Shown piece after piece: positions 9,691 to 19,682 of a stretch of 64,000 bases of DNA. The notes below the pieces were generated by a model. The model was given only the letters and a program-made list of their open reading frames with translations. It had not been told where the DNA came from and searched no databases. The stretch spans positions 14,098 through 78,097 of the forward strand of contig LAKY01000054.1 in the NCBI GenBank assembly GCA_000987045.1, written 5' to 3'. Position 1 is the stretch's first letter. Every line of letters begins with the position of its first letter. Origin of the DNA: Clostridiales bacterium PH28_bin88 (GTDB lineage Bacteria; Bacillota; PH28-bin88). The translations under genes were made by a program, and so were the position numbers.

Positions 9691-11627
9691 TTGACGCACA
9701 AAAACAAGCAGAGTTGATGGCAAAGTACGACAGGGAGTATTCTTACCGGCGGTTGCAAGGCCCCATGGCACGGGTTGTATCGGTGCTTGCGATTGTTTGG
9801 GCTCTGTTCCAGCTTAGAACAGCTGCTCTGGGAGTATTTCCGCCCACGATCCAGCGGGCGACGCACCTGGGATTTGCCCTGGTTCTGGTCTACCTGCTGT
9901 ACCCCTTACGGCGTGGTGACCGTAGAAATACTATTCCATGGTACGATTACCTTTTGGCGGCCTTGTCGGCGGTAGCCACCGGCTATCATCTGGTTTTTTA
10001 CGAGGACCTCATCAGAAGGGCTGGGGCTTATACCACCATTGATACCGTTATAGCAGGTATGGGTATCCTGCTGGTGCTGGAGGCCGCCCGCCGGGTAGTG
10101 GGACCGGTATTGGTAACGATAGCTTCGTTATTCCTGCTCTACGGGTATTTTGGGCCGGTAATGCCGGGCTTCCTGGGGCACCGCGGCTACACAGTAACCA
10201 GGATCATTACCCACAGCTTCATCTCCACCGAAGGGATTCTCGGGGTGCCCATTGCCGTCTCTTCCACATTTATTTTTCTGTTTCTGATATTTGCTACTTT
10301 CCTGCGAAAAACCGGTATAGGTGACTGGCTGACCAATCTGGCTGTTTCCGTTACCGGACACGCTGTTGGGGGGCCCGCCAAGGCGGCGGTGGTGGCAAGT
10401 GCCTGCCAGGGGACGGTTTCCGGCAGTTCTGTGGCCAATGTAGTAGGGACTGGCTCAGTGACCATTCCCTTGATGAAGAGTATAGGTTATCGCAAGGAGT
10501 TCGCCGGTGCGGTAGAGGCGGCAGCTTCTACCGGGGGACAGTTGATGCCCCCCATCATGGGCGCGGCGGCCTTTATCATGACGGAGTTTACCGGGCTACC
10601 CTACATTAAAATTGCGGCAGCAGCGGCTATCCCCGCTATCCTGTACTTTACCGGCATTTTCGTGATGGTACACCTGGAGGCTAAGCGCACCGGCCTGCAA
10701 GGGATGCCTAAGAGCCAGCTGCCTCGCACCTCCAAACTGTTGAAGGAAAAGTGGTACTTGCTGCTCCCCATTGTGGGAATTGTTTACTTCCTGGTGGCGG
10801 GGTTCACCGCCATGAAGGCTGCGTACTATGGCATCCTGCTTACGATCCTGGTGAGCTTTATTAGCAAGGATACGCGGCTTACCTTTAAACAGATTATCCA
10901 GGCATTGGATGAGGGTGCGCGCGGGGCAGTCCCGGTGGCGGCGGCCTGCGCGACAGCAGGCGTATTGGTGGGGATTATCACTCTTACGGGCCTTGGGCTC
11001 AAGATGGCCAACGGCATCGTCGACCTGTCCCACGGCAGCATTTACCTCACCATGCTGTTTACCATGGTTGCCTCCATCATCCTGGGAATGGGGGTGCCTA
11101 CCACAGCCAACTACATCATCCAGGCTACCATCGCCGCACCGGCGCTGGTGGCGGTGGGGGTACCGGTGATCGCGGCGCACCTGTTCGTCTTCTACTTCGG
11201 GATAGTGGCGGATATTACGCCGCCGGTGGCACTGGCAGCCTTTGCCGCTTCGGGTATATCCGGGTCTGAGCCCTTGAAAACCGGTTTCAACGCCTCCAAG
11301 CTGGCCTTTGCGGCTTTCCTGGTTCCGTTTATTTTCGCCACTTCACCGGTACTGGTGCTGGTTAATGTGACAGGGGTAGAGATTGTTAAAGCCTTGATCA
11401 CCGCCTTCATCGGTATGGTGGGGATTGGCGGCGGGTTAACCGGGTTTTTGGTGGACAAAGCCAGGTGGTGGGAGCGGATTGTGCTGGTAGTCGGAGGGGT
11501 GATGCTGGTTGATCCGCAAACCCTGACCGATATTATCGGGGTGGTACTCGTAGTACTGGTTTACTTGTTCCAGTGGCAGCGGGCGTCCCGGGCGGATCAT
11601 CAAACAAAACGCAGAATAGAGCAATAG
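9669..11627 (+). CDS. TRAP transporter fused 4TM/12TM permease
   Basis: GGPAKAAV, SGSSVANV, ASTGGQLMPPIMGAAAF, GMGVPTTANY, ITPPVALAAF. Confidence 0.93.
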   Translation: MAKPEQMIDAQKQAELMAKYDREYSYRRLQGPMARVVSVLAIVWALFQLRTAALGVFPPTIQRATHLGFALVLVYLLYPLRRGDRRNTIPWYDYLLAALSAVATGYHLVFYEDLIRRAGAYTTIDTVIAGMGILLVLEAARRVVGPVLVTIASLFLLYGYFGPVMPGFLGHRGYTVTRIITHSFISTEGILGVPIAVSSTFIFLFLIFATFLRKTGIGDWLTNLAVSVTGHAVGGPAKAAVVASACQGTVSGSSVANVVGTGSVTIPLMKSIGYRKEFAGAVEAAASTGGQLMPPIMGAAAFIMTEFTGLPYIKIAAAAAIPAILYFTGIFVMVHLEAKRTGLQGMPKSQLPRTSKLLKEKWYLLLPIVGIVYFLVAGFTAMKAAYYGILLTILVSFISKDTRLTFKQIIQALDEGARGAVPVAAACATAGVLVGIITLTGLGLKMANGIVDLSHGSIYLTMLFTMVASIILGMGVPTTANYIIQATIAAPALVAVGVPVIAAHLFVFYFGIVADITPPVALAAFAASGISGSEPLKTGFNASKLAFAAFLVPFIFATSPVLVLVNVTGVEIVKALITAFIGMVGIGGGLTGFLVDKARWWERIVLVVGGVMLVDPQTLTDIIGVVLVVLVYLFQWQRASRADHQTKRRIEQ

Positions 11628-11689
11628 AAAGTAATTGCTTCATCAACCGCGGCAACGCGGTTTTTTTCCGTAAAAAAGTCCATTGGGCA

Positions 11690-11720
11690 GAAGGAATAAT
11701 GTGCGGGATGGCGAATACTT
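11690..11720 (+). promoter_or_regulatory. Putative SigH promoter
   Basis: AGGA(11692)-17 nt-GAAT(11713). Confidence 0.6.
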
Positions 11721-11797
11721 TTCATTTAGATGCAAGAAATCATGCACCAGAATCATAACAAGATGCATATCCTGCATATGAAGGGAGTGGGAGAATA

Positions 11798-13132
11798 GTG
11801 TCCGACAATGTTTTCTACCGGAGCGTCCGCAAAAAGTATCACGTGGTGGAACGGGGCGATGGCATCTACCTGTACGACCAGGCCGGAAAGCGGTATATCG
11901 ACGCGTGTTCCGGCTCGGCGGTATCCAACATCGGTCATGGAAATCCCAAGGTGATTGCGGCGTTGACCGCCCAGGCGCAAAAGGTAGCCTTTACCCACCT
12001 TTCCCGCTGGACTTCGGAACCCCTGCAGAAACTGGCGGACATGGTGGCGGAGATGGCTCCGGGCAGCCTGAATAAACTTTACCTGGTTTCCGGTGGCTCA
12101 GAGGCAACCGAATCCGCACTGAAGATGGCCCGGCAGTACTACCTGGAACGGGACGGAGCCAGCAACAAGTACAAGGTTATTTCCCGCTGGAAAACATTCC
12201 ACGGCAATACCATCGGCGCATTGTCCATGACGGGGGACAACCGGCGGAAAAAATACACTCCGCTGCTTTTGGATTTTCCCAAGATCTCACCTCCTTACTG
12301 CTATCGCTGCGCTTACGGAAATGAGCCGTCTTCCTGCGGCATGGACTGCGCATGGGAATTGGAGCGGGTTCTCAATCTGGTTGGGGCGGAGAGCGTGGCA
12401 GCCTTTATCGCTGAGCCGGTGATCGGAGCCGCCTCCGGCGCAGTGGTGCCGCCTGACGGGTATTTTAAGGTAATCCGCGAGATCTGCGATCGTCATGATA
12501 TCCTGTTTATTGCCGACGAAGTAATGACCGGTTTTGGGCGTACCGGGTCCATGTTTGCCATGGAGCAATTTGGAGTGGTACCTGACTTGATCACTGTAGC
12601 CAAAGGGATGAGCGCGGGTTACGTTCCCCTGGGCGGAGTGGTTGTCAAAGACGAGATCTACGAGACCTTTAAAAAAGGTTCCGGCGTGTTCGTTCACGGT
12701 CATACCTACGGTGGTAATCCCCTCGCGGCTGCTGTGGCGGTGGCGGTGCTGGAAGTCCTCCAGGAAGAAAACCTGGTGGAAAACTCCCGGGTGATGGGAC
12801 AGTACTTGTTGGAGCAACTGGGGGAAAAACTCTCCGGTTCTCCCTTTATCGGTGACATCCGTGGGCGTGGCTTGATGCAGGGCGTGGAACTGGTTCGGGA
12901 CAAGGCAACCAAAGCCCCTTTCGACCCGAAATTGAATGTAGCGGAAAAGGCCACCAATGTTTTGATGGAACACGGAGTAGTGGTATATCCCGGCACCGGT
13001 GCGGCGGACGGGGTTGCGGGCGATCACTTTTTACTGGCCCCGCCGCTAATCATCACCAGGGAACAAGTGGACGATCTGGTCCAGAGGATGGTGTCGGCGT
13101 TTGGTGAACTGGATCAAAGCCTGGCCAATTAG
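11798..13132 (+). CDS. Class III PLP aminotransferase (omega/beta-amino acid type)
   Basis: SGGSEA, FHGNT, IADEVMTGFGRTG, VAKG, HGHTYGGNP. Confidence 0.9.
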   Translation: MSDNVFYRSVRKKYHVVERGDGIYLYDQAGKRYIDACSGSAVSNIGHGNPKVIAALTAQAQKVAFTHLSRWTSEPLQKLADMVAEMAPGSLNKLYLVSGGSEATESALKMARQYYLERDGASNKYKVISRWKTFHGNTIGALSMTGDNRRKKYTPLLLDFPKISPPYCYRCAYGNEPSSCGMDCAWELERVLNLVGAESVAAFIAEPVIGAASGAVVPPDGYFKVIREICDRHDILFIADEVMTGFGRTGSMFAMEQFGVVPDLITVAKGMSAGYVPLGGVVVKDEIYETFKKGSGVFVHGHTYGGNPLAAAVAVAVLEVLQEENLVENSRVMGQYLLEQLGEKLSGSPFIGDIRGRGLMQGVELVRDKATKAPFDPKLNVAEKATNVLMEHGVVVYPGTGAADGVAGDHFLLAPPLIITREQVDDLVQRMVSAFGELDQSLAN

Positions 13133-13154
13133 GTTAGTTGGTTGCCAGGAAACT

Positions 13155-13229
13155 CGGTCGTCAGGAAGCAGGCGGCAGGAGATGGTTCTCGTTTACGGTT
13201 TTCTCCCGGTTCCTGCTGCCTGACGACTG
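13155..13229. repeat. Heptamer-periodic inverted repeat (long hairpin)
   Basis: GGTCGTCAGGAAGCAGGCGGCAGGAGA pairs with TCTCCCGGTTCCTGCTGCCTGACGACTG. Confidence 0.65.
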
Positions 13230-13325
13230 CCGGCTGAATTATGCTCGCTTCCAACAACGCTTCACTCAATAGGCAAAAACTAACATAAGGACTTCAGTCC
13301 CTGCTTACGGAAAGGGAGAACATAC

Positions 13326-14141
13326 ATGGATAACTTGATCATCACTATCGCGCCTACCGGGAATGTACCGACCCGGGAAATGACCCCCCACGTACCTGTT
13401 ACCCCGGAAGAGATCGTCAGGGATATTGTAGATTGCTACAACGCCGGTGCCGCGGTAGCTCACATCCATGCCCGGGATGAAGAACAGCACCCCACCCCCC
13501 GGGCTGAGGTTTTTGCAGAGATCTTGGAACGCTTGGAGGCTACCGGTTGCCCCATCATCCGCCAGCTGTCTACCGGCGGCCGTCACGGCAAGACCTTGGA
13601 GGAGCGGTCGCAGAACCTGACTCTCAACCCGGAGATGGCCAGTCTCAGCACAGGTTCCACCAACTTTCCGAACATGGCGTATGTAAATGCGCCAGACCTG
13701 ATCGAATACCTGGCCGGAATGATGAAGGAGCGGAACATCAAGCCCGAGATCGAGGTATTTGATACAGCCATGATCAATAACGCCGTTTTACTGGCCCAAA
13801 AAGGCATGATCCGTGAGCCCTTGCAGTTCAACTTTGTAATGGGTATCAGAGGCGCCCTGCCTGCCACACCCAAAAACCTGTTTCACCTGGTGGAGAGCAT
13901 TCCAGCCGGCTCTCCCTGGACGGTATCTGTCATCGGACCGCAGCATGTTCCCCTGTCGACCATTGCCCTGGCCATGGGCGGGCATGTGCGGGTGGGCATC
14001 GAAGACAATATCTATTATGCCAAGGGTGATCTGACTACCAACGTGCGCCTGGTGGAGAGGATTGTCCGGATTGCCCGGGAGGTAGGCCGGGAGATCGCCA
14101 CTCCTGATGAAGCGAGAGAAATGCTAGGCTTGAAGAGATAG
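13326..14141 (+). CDS. Beta-keto acid cleavage enzyme (Kce/BKACE, DUF849)
   Basis: IAPTG, AHIHAR metal ligands, LSTGG, KPEIEVFD, HVRVGIEDN. Confidence 0.92.
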   Translation: MDNLIITIAPTGNVPTREMTPHVPVTPEEIVRDIVDCYNAGAAVAHIHARDEEQHPTPRAEVFAEILERLEATGCPIIRQLSTGGRHGKTLEERSQNLTLNPEMASLSTGSTNFPNMAYVNAPDLIEYLAGMMKERNIKPEIEVFDTAMINNAVLLAQKGMIREPLQFNFVMGIRGALPATPKNLFHLVESIPAGSPWTVSVIGPQHVPLSTIALAMGGHVRVGIEDNIYYAKGDLTTNVRLVERIVRIAREVGREIATPDEAREMLGLKR

Positions 14142-14310
14142 ACCCCGAAGGCACCCTCAGGGGTGTCTACGGCTTTATGCAGTAAATATGGGGTTGCGAT
14201 AAGTTTTTTCGTAAAAAGTCTACAAAGGATTTGACGTTAGCCGGCCGAAATTAATCATTATTATTTGAAACCCGTCGAGGATAATTACTTATAGAACATG
14301 GGAGGGTTTT

Positions 14311-14970
14311 ATGAACAAATCGGAGACAGTACAGCAAGCAGTATCCTGCATCCGGGACGGGATGACCATCATGGTGGGGGGATTCATGGCCGCAGGTACA
14401 CCTGATACCTTGATCGATGCGCTGGTGGAAAAAGGTGTACGAGGCCTGACTCTGGTTTCCAACGATACGGCTTTTCCGGGCAAGGGGGTAGGCAAACTGA
14501 TCGATGCCGGCCTGGTTAAGAAGGTGATTGCCTCCCATATTGGGACTAACCCTGTTACGGGCAAATTGATGAACGCGGGGGAAATCGAGGTTCAACTGGT
14601 TCCCCAGGGAACGCTGGTTGAGCGGATCAGGAGCGGTGGGGCCGGCCTGGGGGGGGTCCTGACCCCTACCGGGATCGGTACTGTGGTGGAAGAAGGCAAA
14701 GAAAAGATCGTGGTGGGAGGCAAAGAGTTTCTGTTAGAACTGCCCCTCCGGGCGGACGTGGCCCTGGTCAAGGCGTTCCGGGCGGACCTGTCCGGCAACC
14801 TCGCTTTCCGGCGGGCGGCCCGCAACTTCAATCCCGTGATGGCAACAGCTGCCGACCTGGTGATCGCTGAGACGGAGCAACTGGTTGACATAGGGGAAAT
14901 GGACCCCGACGCCGTAATGTTGCCGGGGATCTTCGTGGACGTGGTGGTATGCCGGGAGGAGGAAAAGTAA
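14311..14970 (+). CDS. atoD: Acetoacetate/3-oxoacid CoA-transferase subunit A
   Basis: MVGGF, SHIGTN, PQGTLVERIRSGGAG, ARNFNP. Confidence 0.88.
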   Translation: MNKSETVQQAVSCIRDGMTIMVGGFMAAGTPDTLIDALVEKGVRGLTLVSNDTAFPGKGVGKLIDAGLVKKVIASHIGTNPVTGKLMNAGEIEVQLVPQGTLVERIRSGGAGLGGVLTPTGIGTVVEEGKEKIVVGGKEFLLELPLRADVALVKAFRADLSGNLAFRRAARNFNPVMATAADLVIAETEQLVDIGEMDPDAVMLPGIFVDVVVCREEEK

Positions 14971-14971
14971 A

Positions 14972-15637
14972 ATGGAAAAACTGGACAAGCGGGTGGTCAT
15001 CGCCAAGCGGGTGGCCCAGGAATTTAAGGCCGGTCAGGTAGTAAACCTGGGGATCGGCTTGCCTACCATGGTAGCCAACTATCTTCCCCCGGGAGTCAAC
15101 CTGATTCTTCATTCGGAAAACGGTTTTCTGGGCATTGGGCCGGTACCGGATGAAGCGAACCGGGACAGGGACGTGGTTAACGCCGGTGGGCAGCCCAGTT
15201 CTATCCTGCCGGGAGGAGCCTGTTTCGACAGCGCCCTTTCCTTTACCATCGTCCGTGGGGGACACCTGGACGCCACCGTGCTGGGGGCGCTAGAGGTGGA
15301 TTGCCGGGGCAACCTGGCTAACTGGATGATTCCAGGGAAGATGGTTCCCGGTATGGGAGGGGCCATGGACCTGGTGGTTGGGGCCAAACGGGTGATCGTG
15401 GCCATGGAGCATGTGACCAAGGACGGTAGTCCGAAGATCCTGAACAAATGCACCTTACCCCTAACCGCCAAGGAAGAAGTGGACCTGATTGTTACTGACA
15501 TGGGGGTAATCCGGGTAACCCCTGAAGGGCTGGTTCTTGCCGAGGTTGCCCCCGGGGTGAGTATAGACGGCGTAATATCCGCTACCGAGGCACCGCTTGC
15601 TGTCCACCCGCAATTGAAAGTGATGCCTTTCTTTTAG
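14972..15637 (+). CDS. atoA: Acetoacetate/3-oxoacid CoA-transferase subunit B
   Basis: VNLGIGLPT, catalytic SENG, GMGGAMDL. Confidence 0.88.
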   Translation: MEKLDKRVVIAKRVAQEFKAGQVVNLGIGLPTMVANYLPPGVNLILHSENGFLGIGPVPDEANRDRDVVNAGGQPSSILPGGACFDSALSFTIVRGGHLDATVLGALEVDCRGNLANWMIPGKMVPGMGGAMDLVVGAKRVIVAMEHVTKDGSPKILNKCTLPLTAKEEVDLIVTDMGVIRVTPEGLVLAEVAPGVSIDGVISATEAPLAVHPQLKVMPFF

Positions 15638-16488
15638 TCTTCGGTATAGTAAATATTAAACGTCTTCCAGATTTCCTCCAGTTGTCTGAGAGCCTCTTCG
15701 GTCTTGTGGCTTTCTTTGGAACCGACGGCGATGATGAGGGCGTTAATGACACTCAAGGGGGCCACGAAAGAATCAATAAATGAAGCCATGTCGCTGTGAG
15801 CTACGAGGGCTACCTTGGCGAACTTGGCCAGGGGAGAAATGACGCTATCGGTAATTGCCAGGGTAGTGGCCCCTTTCTCCTGGGCATACTTAAGCCCTTC
15901 TACCGTCTGGCGGCTGTACCGGGGAAAGGATATGCCGATGACCAGGTCGCCTTTCTCCACGGCTGTTAACTGCTCGAAAAGCGTTCCTGCTCCGCTGATG
16001 ATCCGGCAGTTTTTCAACAGCAGGTGCAGGTAGAAGTTCAGGAACTGTCCTAGGGCAGTGGCGCTGCGTAGACTGATGATATAAATGTTTTTGGCGGCCA
16101 GGATCATGGAGACGGCCTCGGTGAAGTCTTCCCGGGAGCTCTCTTCCAGGGTAAGGCGAATATTGGTTATATCGTTTCTCAGTACCTTGTCCAAAACGTG
16201 GTCTTGCTTATCATGCACAGACATCTGCAGCCGGTCTACAGTCGTCAGTCTTTTTTTAACAATATCCTGGAGTGCCTTCTGCATTTGGGGAAACCCGTCG
16301 TAGCCCAGCGCATAGGCAAAGCGGACCACGGTGGATTCGCTGACTCCGACGGCGGCTCCCAGCTTGGCGGCAGTCATAAAGGCGGCCTTGTCATAATGGG
16401 CCAGCAGGTATTCGGCGATCAGTTTCTGTCTGGTGCTGAAAACAGGTGAATTGGCCTGTACCCGTGTAAAAAACTGGGATTTATTCAG
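15634..16488 (-). CDS. MurR/RpiR-family transcriptional regulator (HTH+SIS), probable CTG start
   Basis: GVSESTVVRFAYALGYDGF HTH and ISFPRYS SIS motif; frame stays open upstream of the tracked ATG (16377) to a CTG at 16488 with RBS AAGGGGGGAG. Confidence 0.85.
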   Translation of the reverse strand: MNKSQFFTRVQANSPVFSTRQKLIAEYLLAHYDKAAFMTAAKLGAAVGVSESTVVRFAYALGYDGFPQMQKALQDIVKKRLTTVDRLQMSVHDKQDHVLDKVLRNDITNIRLTLEESSREDFTEAVSMILAAKNIYIISLRSATALGQFLNFYLHLLLKNCRIISGAGTLFEQLTAVEKGDLVIGISFPRYSRQTVEGLKYAQEKGATTLAITDSVISPLAKFAKVALVAHSDMASFIDSFVAPLSVINALIIAVGSKESHKTEEALRQLEEIWKTFNIYYTED

Positions 16489-16588
16489 GGATATCTCCCC
16501 CCTTGTTACAACGTCTATATTCTTTTGTTTTTTCTACAGTTATCTGCAAATTCCTTTCTCGTACGACCTCAGGAATAAAAAACCTGTA

Positions 16589-17218
16589 TTATTTGGGGGA
16601 GGCTTTCAGGTGTTTGCCGATTAAGACTACTGCTCCCAGGATAACCGCCCCTACAAGGTACCATTCGCCATAGTCCCTCAAGCTGCCTATAACCAGGAGC
16701 CACCTGCCCGCCAGGTATTGCCCGCCGAAAACCAGTACCGCACACCACGGTGCGATCCCCAAAAAGGTGTAGAAAACAAACCGGGGCAGGTCCATTCTCC
16801 CCATCCCGGCCAAGTAAGAGATGTATGTGCCAAAAAAGAAGGGGCGTACCAGGCAGACTATCTTGGCCCCGTAGCGGGTAAACCATTCCTCCATTTGTTG
16901 CATACGCTCTACCGGTACACGTACCAGTTGCCCGTACCTTAAGAGTAGCTTGCGTCCCCCTGTCCGGCCGATGAAATAAGGCCCCAGGGATCCCAATGTG
17001 TAGCCACTGGCAGAGAGGAAAACCGTGATCCAGGGCATAATACCCCGGTGGTTGGCCATTAAGCCATACAGCCCTACGATGATGGCGCCTGGAAACGGCA
17101 CAGATAGCCCTTCCAACAGCATGGCAACAAAGGTTCCTGCAGTACCCCACTCACTGAACAGGATAACCAAATGCTCCACCCATTTTGCGTACATCAGCCC
17201 ATTCCTTTCAAATAGCAT
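16589..17218 (-). CDS. DedA family membrane protein
   Basis: LEGLSVPFPG, YFIGRTGGR, WFTRYG, ISYLAG. Confidence 0.85.
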   Translation of the reverse strand: MLFERNGLMYAKWVEHLVILFSEWGTAGTFVAMLLEGLSVPFPGAIIVGLYGLMANHRGIMPWITVFLSASGYTLGSLGPYFIGRTGGRKLLLRYGQLVRVPVERMQQMEEWFTRYGAKIVCLVRPFFFGTYISYLAGMGRMDLPRFVFYTFLGIAPWCAVLVFGGQYLAGRWLLVIGSLRDYGEWYLVGAVILGAVVLIGKHLKASPK

Positions 17219-17364
17219 ACCGGTTGATTAGAAACATAGCATCTCTATGTTTAATGACGATACAAGGAACAAAAAAGTTCCAATTATGCAGATAAATCTT
17301 GATTTTTTCTTCCGGGGCAATTACTCTGTTGTGGAAAAATCTGTTGGGAGGAATAAATTGATAT

Positions 17365-17751
17365 ATGATGATAGTCACAGCAGGCATTATAGAAAGGGAA
17401 GGGAAAATTCTAATTGCTCAACGGCCGGCTAACGCCCACCGGGCACTGGAATGGGAGTTCCCCGGAGGGAAGTTGGAACCTGGCGAGCAACCAGAAGAGT
17501 GCCTTAAGCGGGAGTTAAGAGAAGAACTTGGTTTAAACGTGGAAGTGGAGGACATTTACAAGGTAGTGTTGCACCGTTATGAGGACCGGGAAGTGCTTTT
17601 GCTTTGCTACCGGTGCCAGTATGCGGGCGGGGAACCTGAAGCCAAAGAGGGTCAAGACTTTAGATGGGTGACTGTTGAACAGATGGGAGCCTATGATTTC
17701 AGCGCGGCAGATATCCCAGTGTTGGAAAAGCTACACCGGGAAAGGACCTAG
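17365..17751 (+). CDS. mutT: NUDIX 8-oxo-dGTP diphosphatase (MutT-like)
   Basis: WEFPGGKLEPGEQPEECLKRELREELG Nudix box. Confidence 0.85.
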   Translation: MMIVTAGIIEREGKILIAQRPANAHRALEWEFPGGKLEPGEQPEECLKRELREELGLNVEVEDIYKVVLHRYEDREVLLLCYRCQYAGGEPEAKEGQDFRWVTVEQMGAYDFSAADIPVLEKLHRERT

Positions 17752-17800
17752 AAACGGATAAAGCAGGACTGAGCGTCCTGCTTCTTGTTGTGATAATTTC

Positions 17801-19642
17801 TCACCTAATCATTACGCGGTATTCCCTCAGCCAGGTATCTACCTGGGCCAGGTAGGCGAAGAGCTGCGGGAGTCGCATCAGCTGGCCAAACCACGGTATG
17901 TCAAAGTCCGCGGTAGACTGGGTAATAGCTCGCACGTAGGACACGTCGAGCAATGGGAGCAGGGGCGAGGCAGGGTCGTCTAGGATACTTAGTATCCAGT
18001 CGCGGACGGCCGCCAGGTACGCAGGGTTATGCGTCTTCGGGTAGGGGCTTTTTCGCCGGGTTAGCACGTCTTCCGGCAGAACGCCTGCCAGCGCCCGGCG
18101 CAGGATGCCTTTTTCCCTGTGGTCGCAGTTTTTGATCTCCCAGGGGATATTCCATACATACTCCACCAGGCGGTGATCACAGTAAGGCACTCGCACCTCA
18201 AGTCCGGTGGCCATACTCATGCGGTCCTTCCGGTCAAGCAGCGTGGCCAGGAACCACGTGATATTAAGGTAGAACATCTCCCGCATGCGGGCCGCAAAGG
18301 GGTCCTCACCCGGCAAACGGGGTGTCTCCGCGAGAGTTTCCCTGTACCGGTCGGCTGCATATTCCTCCGGGCGGATCCAGTCAACCAGTTCGGGTGACAG
18401 CAAGCGCGTCCGTTCCTGCATTGCCCGGGACCAGGGAAAGGTACCGGCGGCAAGGGCCTCTTCCCGGTGAAACCACGGGTATCCGCCAAACACCTCGTCG
18501 GCGGACTCACCTGACAGCCCGACGGTGGCCTCTTTTTTTATTTCATGGCAGAACAAGTATAAGGAAGAATCCACGTCGGCCATGCCGGGCAAATCGCGGG
18601 CACGAAGAGCCGTGATCAGGGCATCCACAAGTTGGGGTGTGTCAACCGTGACAGTGTGGTGGTGCGTACCCAGGAAGTCCGAGACGCGCCGTACCCACGG
18701 GGTGTCGGAGTTGGTCTCGAAGTCATTCGGATGGAAATAGCGGTCGTTGTCAGTATAGTCTATGGAGTAGGTGTGGATCGGTCCCAGGCCGGCTTCCTTG
18801 AAGGCGCCGGCGGCGAATGCGGTGATGGCGCTTGAGTCGAGACCGCCCGACAGCAGGGTGCAGACGGGCACGTCGGCCACTAGTTGCCGTTCTACAGTAT
18901 CCTGTAAAAGCTCACGAATCTTGTTGGCAGTAGTCTTCAGGTCATCCTCATGAGGGCGGCTTTCCAGTGACCAGTAGCGGCGCATGTGTATACCTTTACG
19001 GTCATATACCAGGTAGTAGCCCGGCCTGATTTCCTTGATGTCGCGGAACACTCCATGTCCCGGCGTACGAGCCGGGCCCAGGGCGAACACCTCCGCGAGA
19101 CCCTCGGCGTCCACCTCCGGCCGGACCGCCGGGTGTGCCAGGATGGACTTCAACTCTGAACCGAACAAGAAAGCGCTACCGCGCTGTGTATAAAAGAGGG
19201 GCTTGACGCCCAGCCGGTCGCGGGCGAGGAAAAGGCTCTGGTCGCCGTCGTTCCAGACACCGAACGCAAAAATCCCGTTGAGTCGCTCTACGCATGCCGT
19301 TCCCCATTCCATAAACGAGGCCAGCAGGACTTCGGTGTCGGAATGGCCCTGGAACGAGTAGCCACGTGCTTCCAATTCCCGCCGTAGTTCGGGCGTGTTG
19401 TACAACTCTCCGTTATAGGTGATCACGTATGTGCTATCCCCCCGCCGGCGGATCATGGGTTGACCGCCGCCCTCGGGATCGACTACCACCAGGCGCCGGT
19501 GGCCGATGGCGGCGCGTTGCGACACCCACGTCCCGGCAGCGTCCGGCCCCCGGTTGGACAGGGTCTCCACCATTGCCGACAGGATTAACTGCCGTTGGGT
19601 CAGGTCCGCTTCCCAGTCTATCCAGCCCGTAATTCCGCACAT
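17801..19642 (-). CDS. asnB: Asparagine synthase (glutamine-hydrolysing)
   Basis: N-terminal MCGITG, RGPD, YNGELYN, LSGGLDSS, SGESADE. Confidence 0.95.
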   Translation of the reverse strand: MCGITGWIDWEADLTQRQLILSAMVETLSNRGPDAAGTWVSQRAAIGHRRLVVVDPEGGGQPMIRRRGDSTYVITYNGELYNTPELRRELEARGYSFQGHSDTEVLLASFMEWGTACVERLNGIFAFGVWNDGDQSLFLARDRLGVKPLFYTQRGSAFLFGSELKSILAHPAVRPEVDAEGLAEVFALGPARTPGHGVFRDIKEIRPGYYLVYDRKGIHMRRYWSLESRPHEDDLKTTANKIRELLQDTVERQLVADVPVCTLLSGGLDSSAITAFAAGAFKEAGLGPIHTYSIDYTDNDRYFHPNDFETNSDTPWVRRVSDFLGTHHHTVTVDTPQLVDALITALRARDLPGMADVDSSLYLFCHEIKKEATVGLSGESADEVFGGYPWFHREEALAAGTFPWSRAMQERTRLLSPELVDWIRPEEYAADRYRETLAETPRLPGEDPFAARMREMFYLNITWFLATLLDRKDRMSMATGLEVRVPYCDHRLVEYVWNIPWEIKNCDHREKGILRRALAGVLPEDVLTRRKSPYPKTHNPAYLAAVRDWILSILDDPASPLLPLLDVSYVRAITQSTADFDIPWFGQLMRLPQLFAYLAQVDTWLREYRVMIR

Positions 19643-19682
19643 ATCTTTCCCCCTCCTTTTTGTAAGCGGCAACGGCAAGGAA

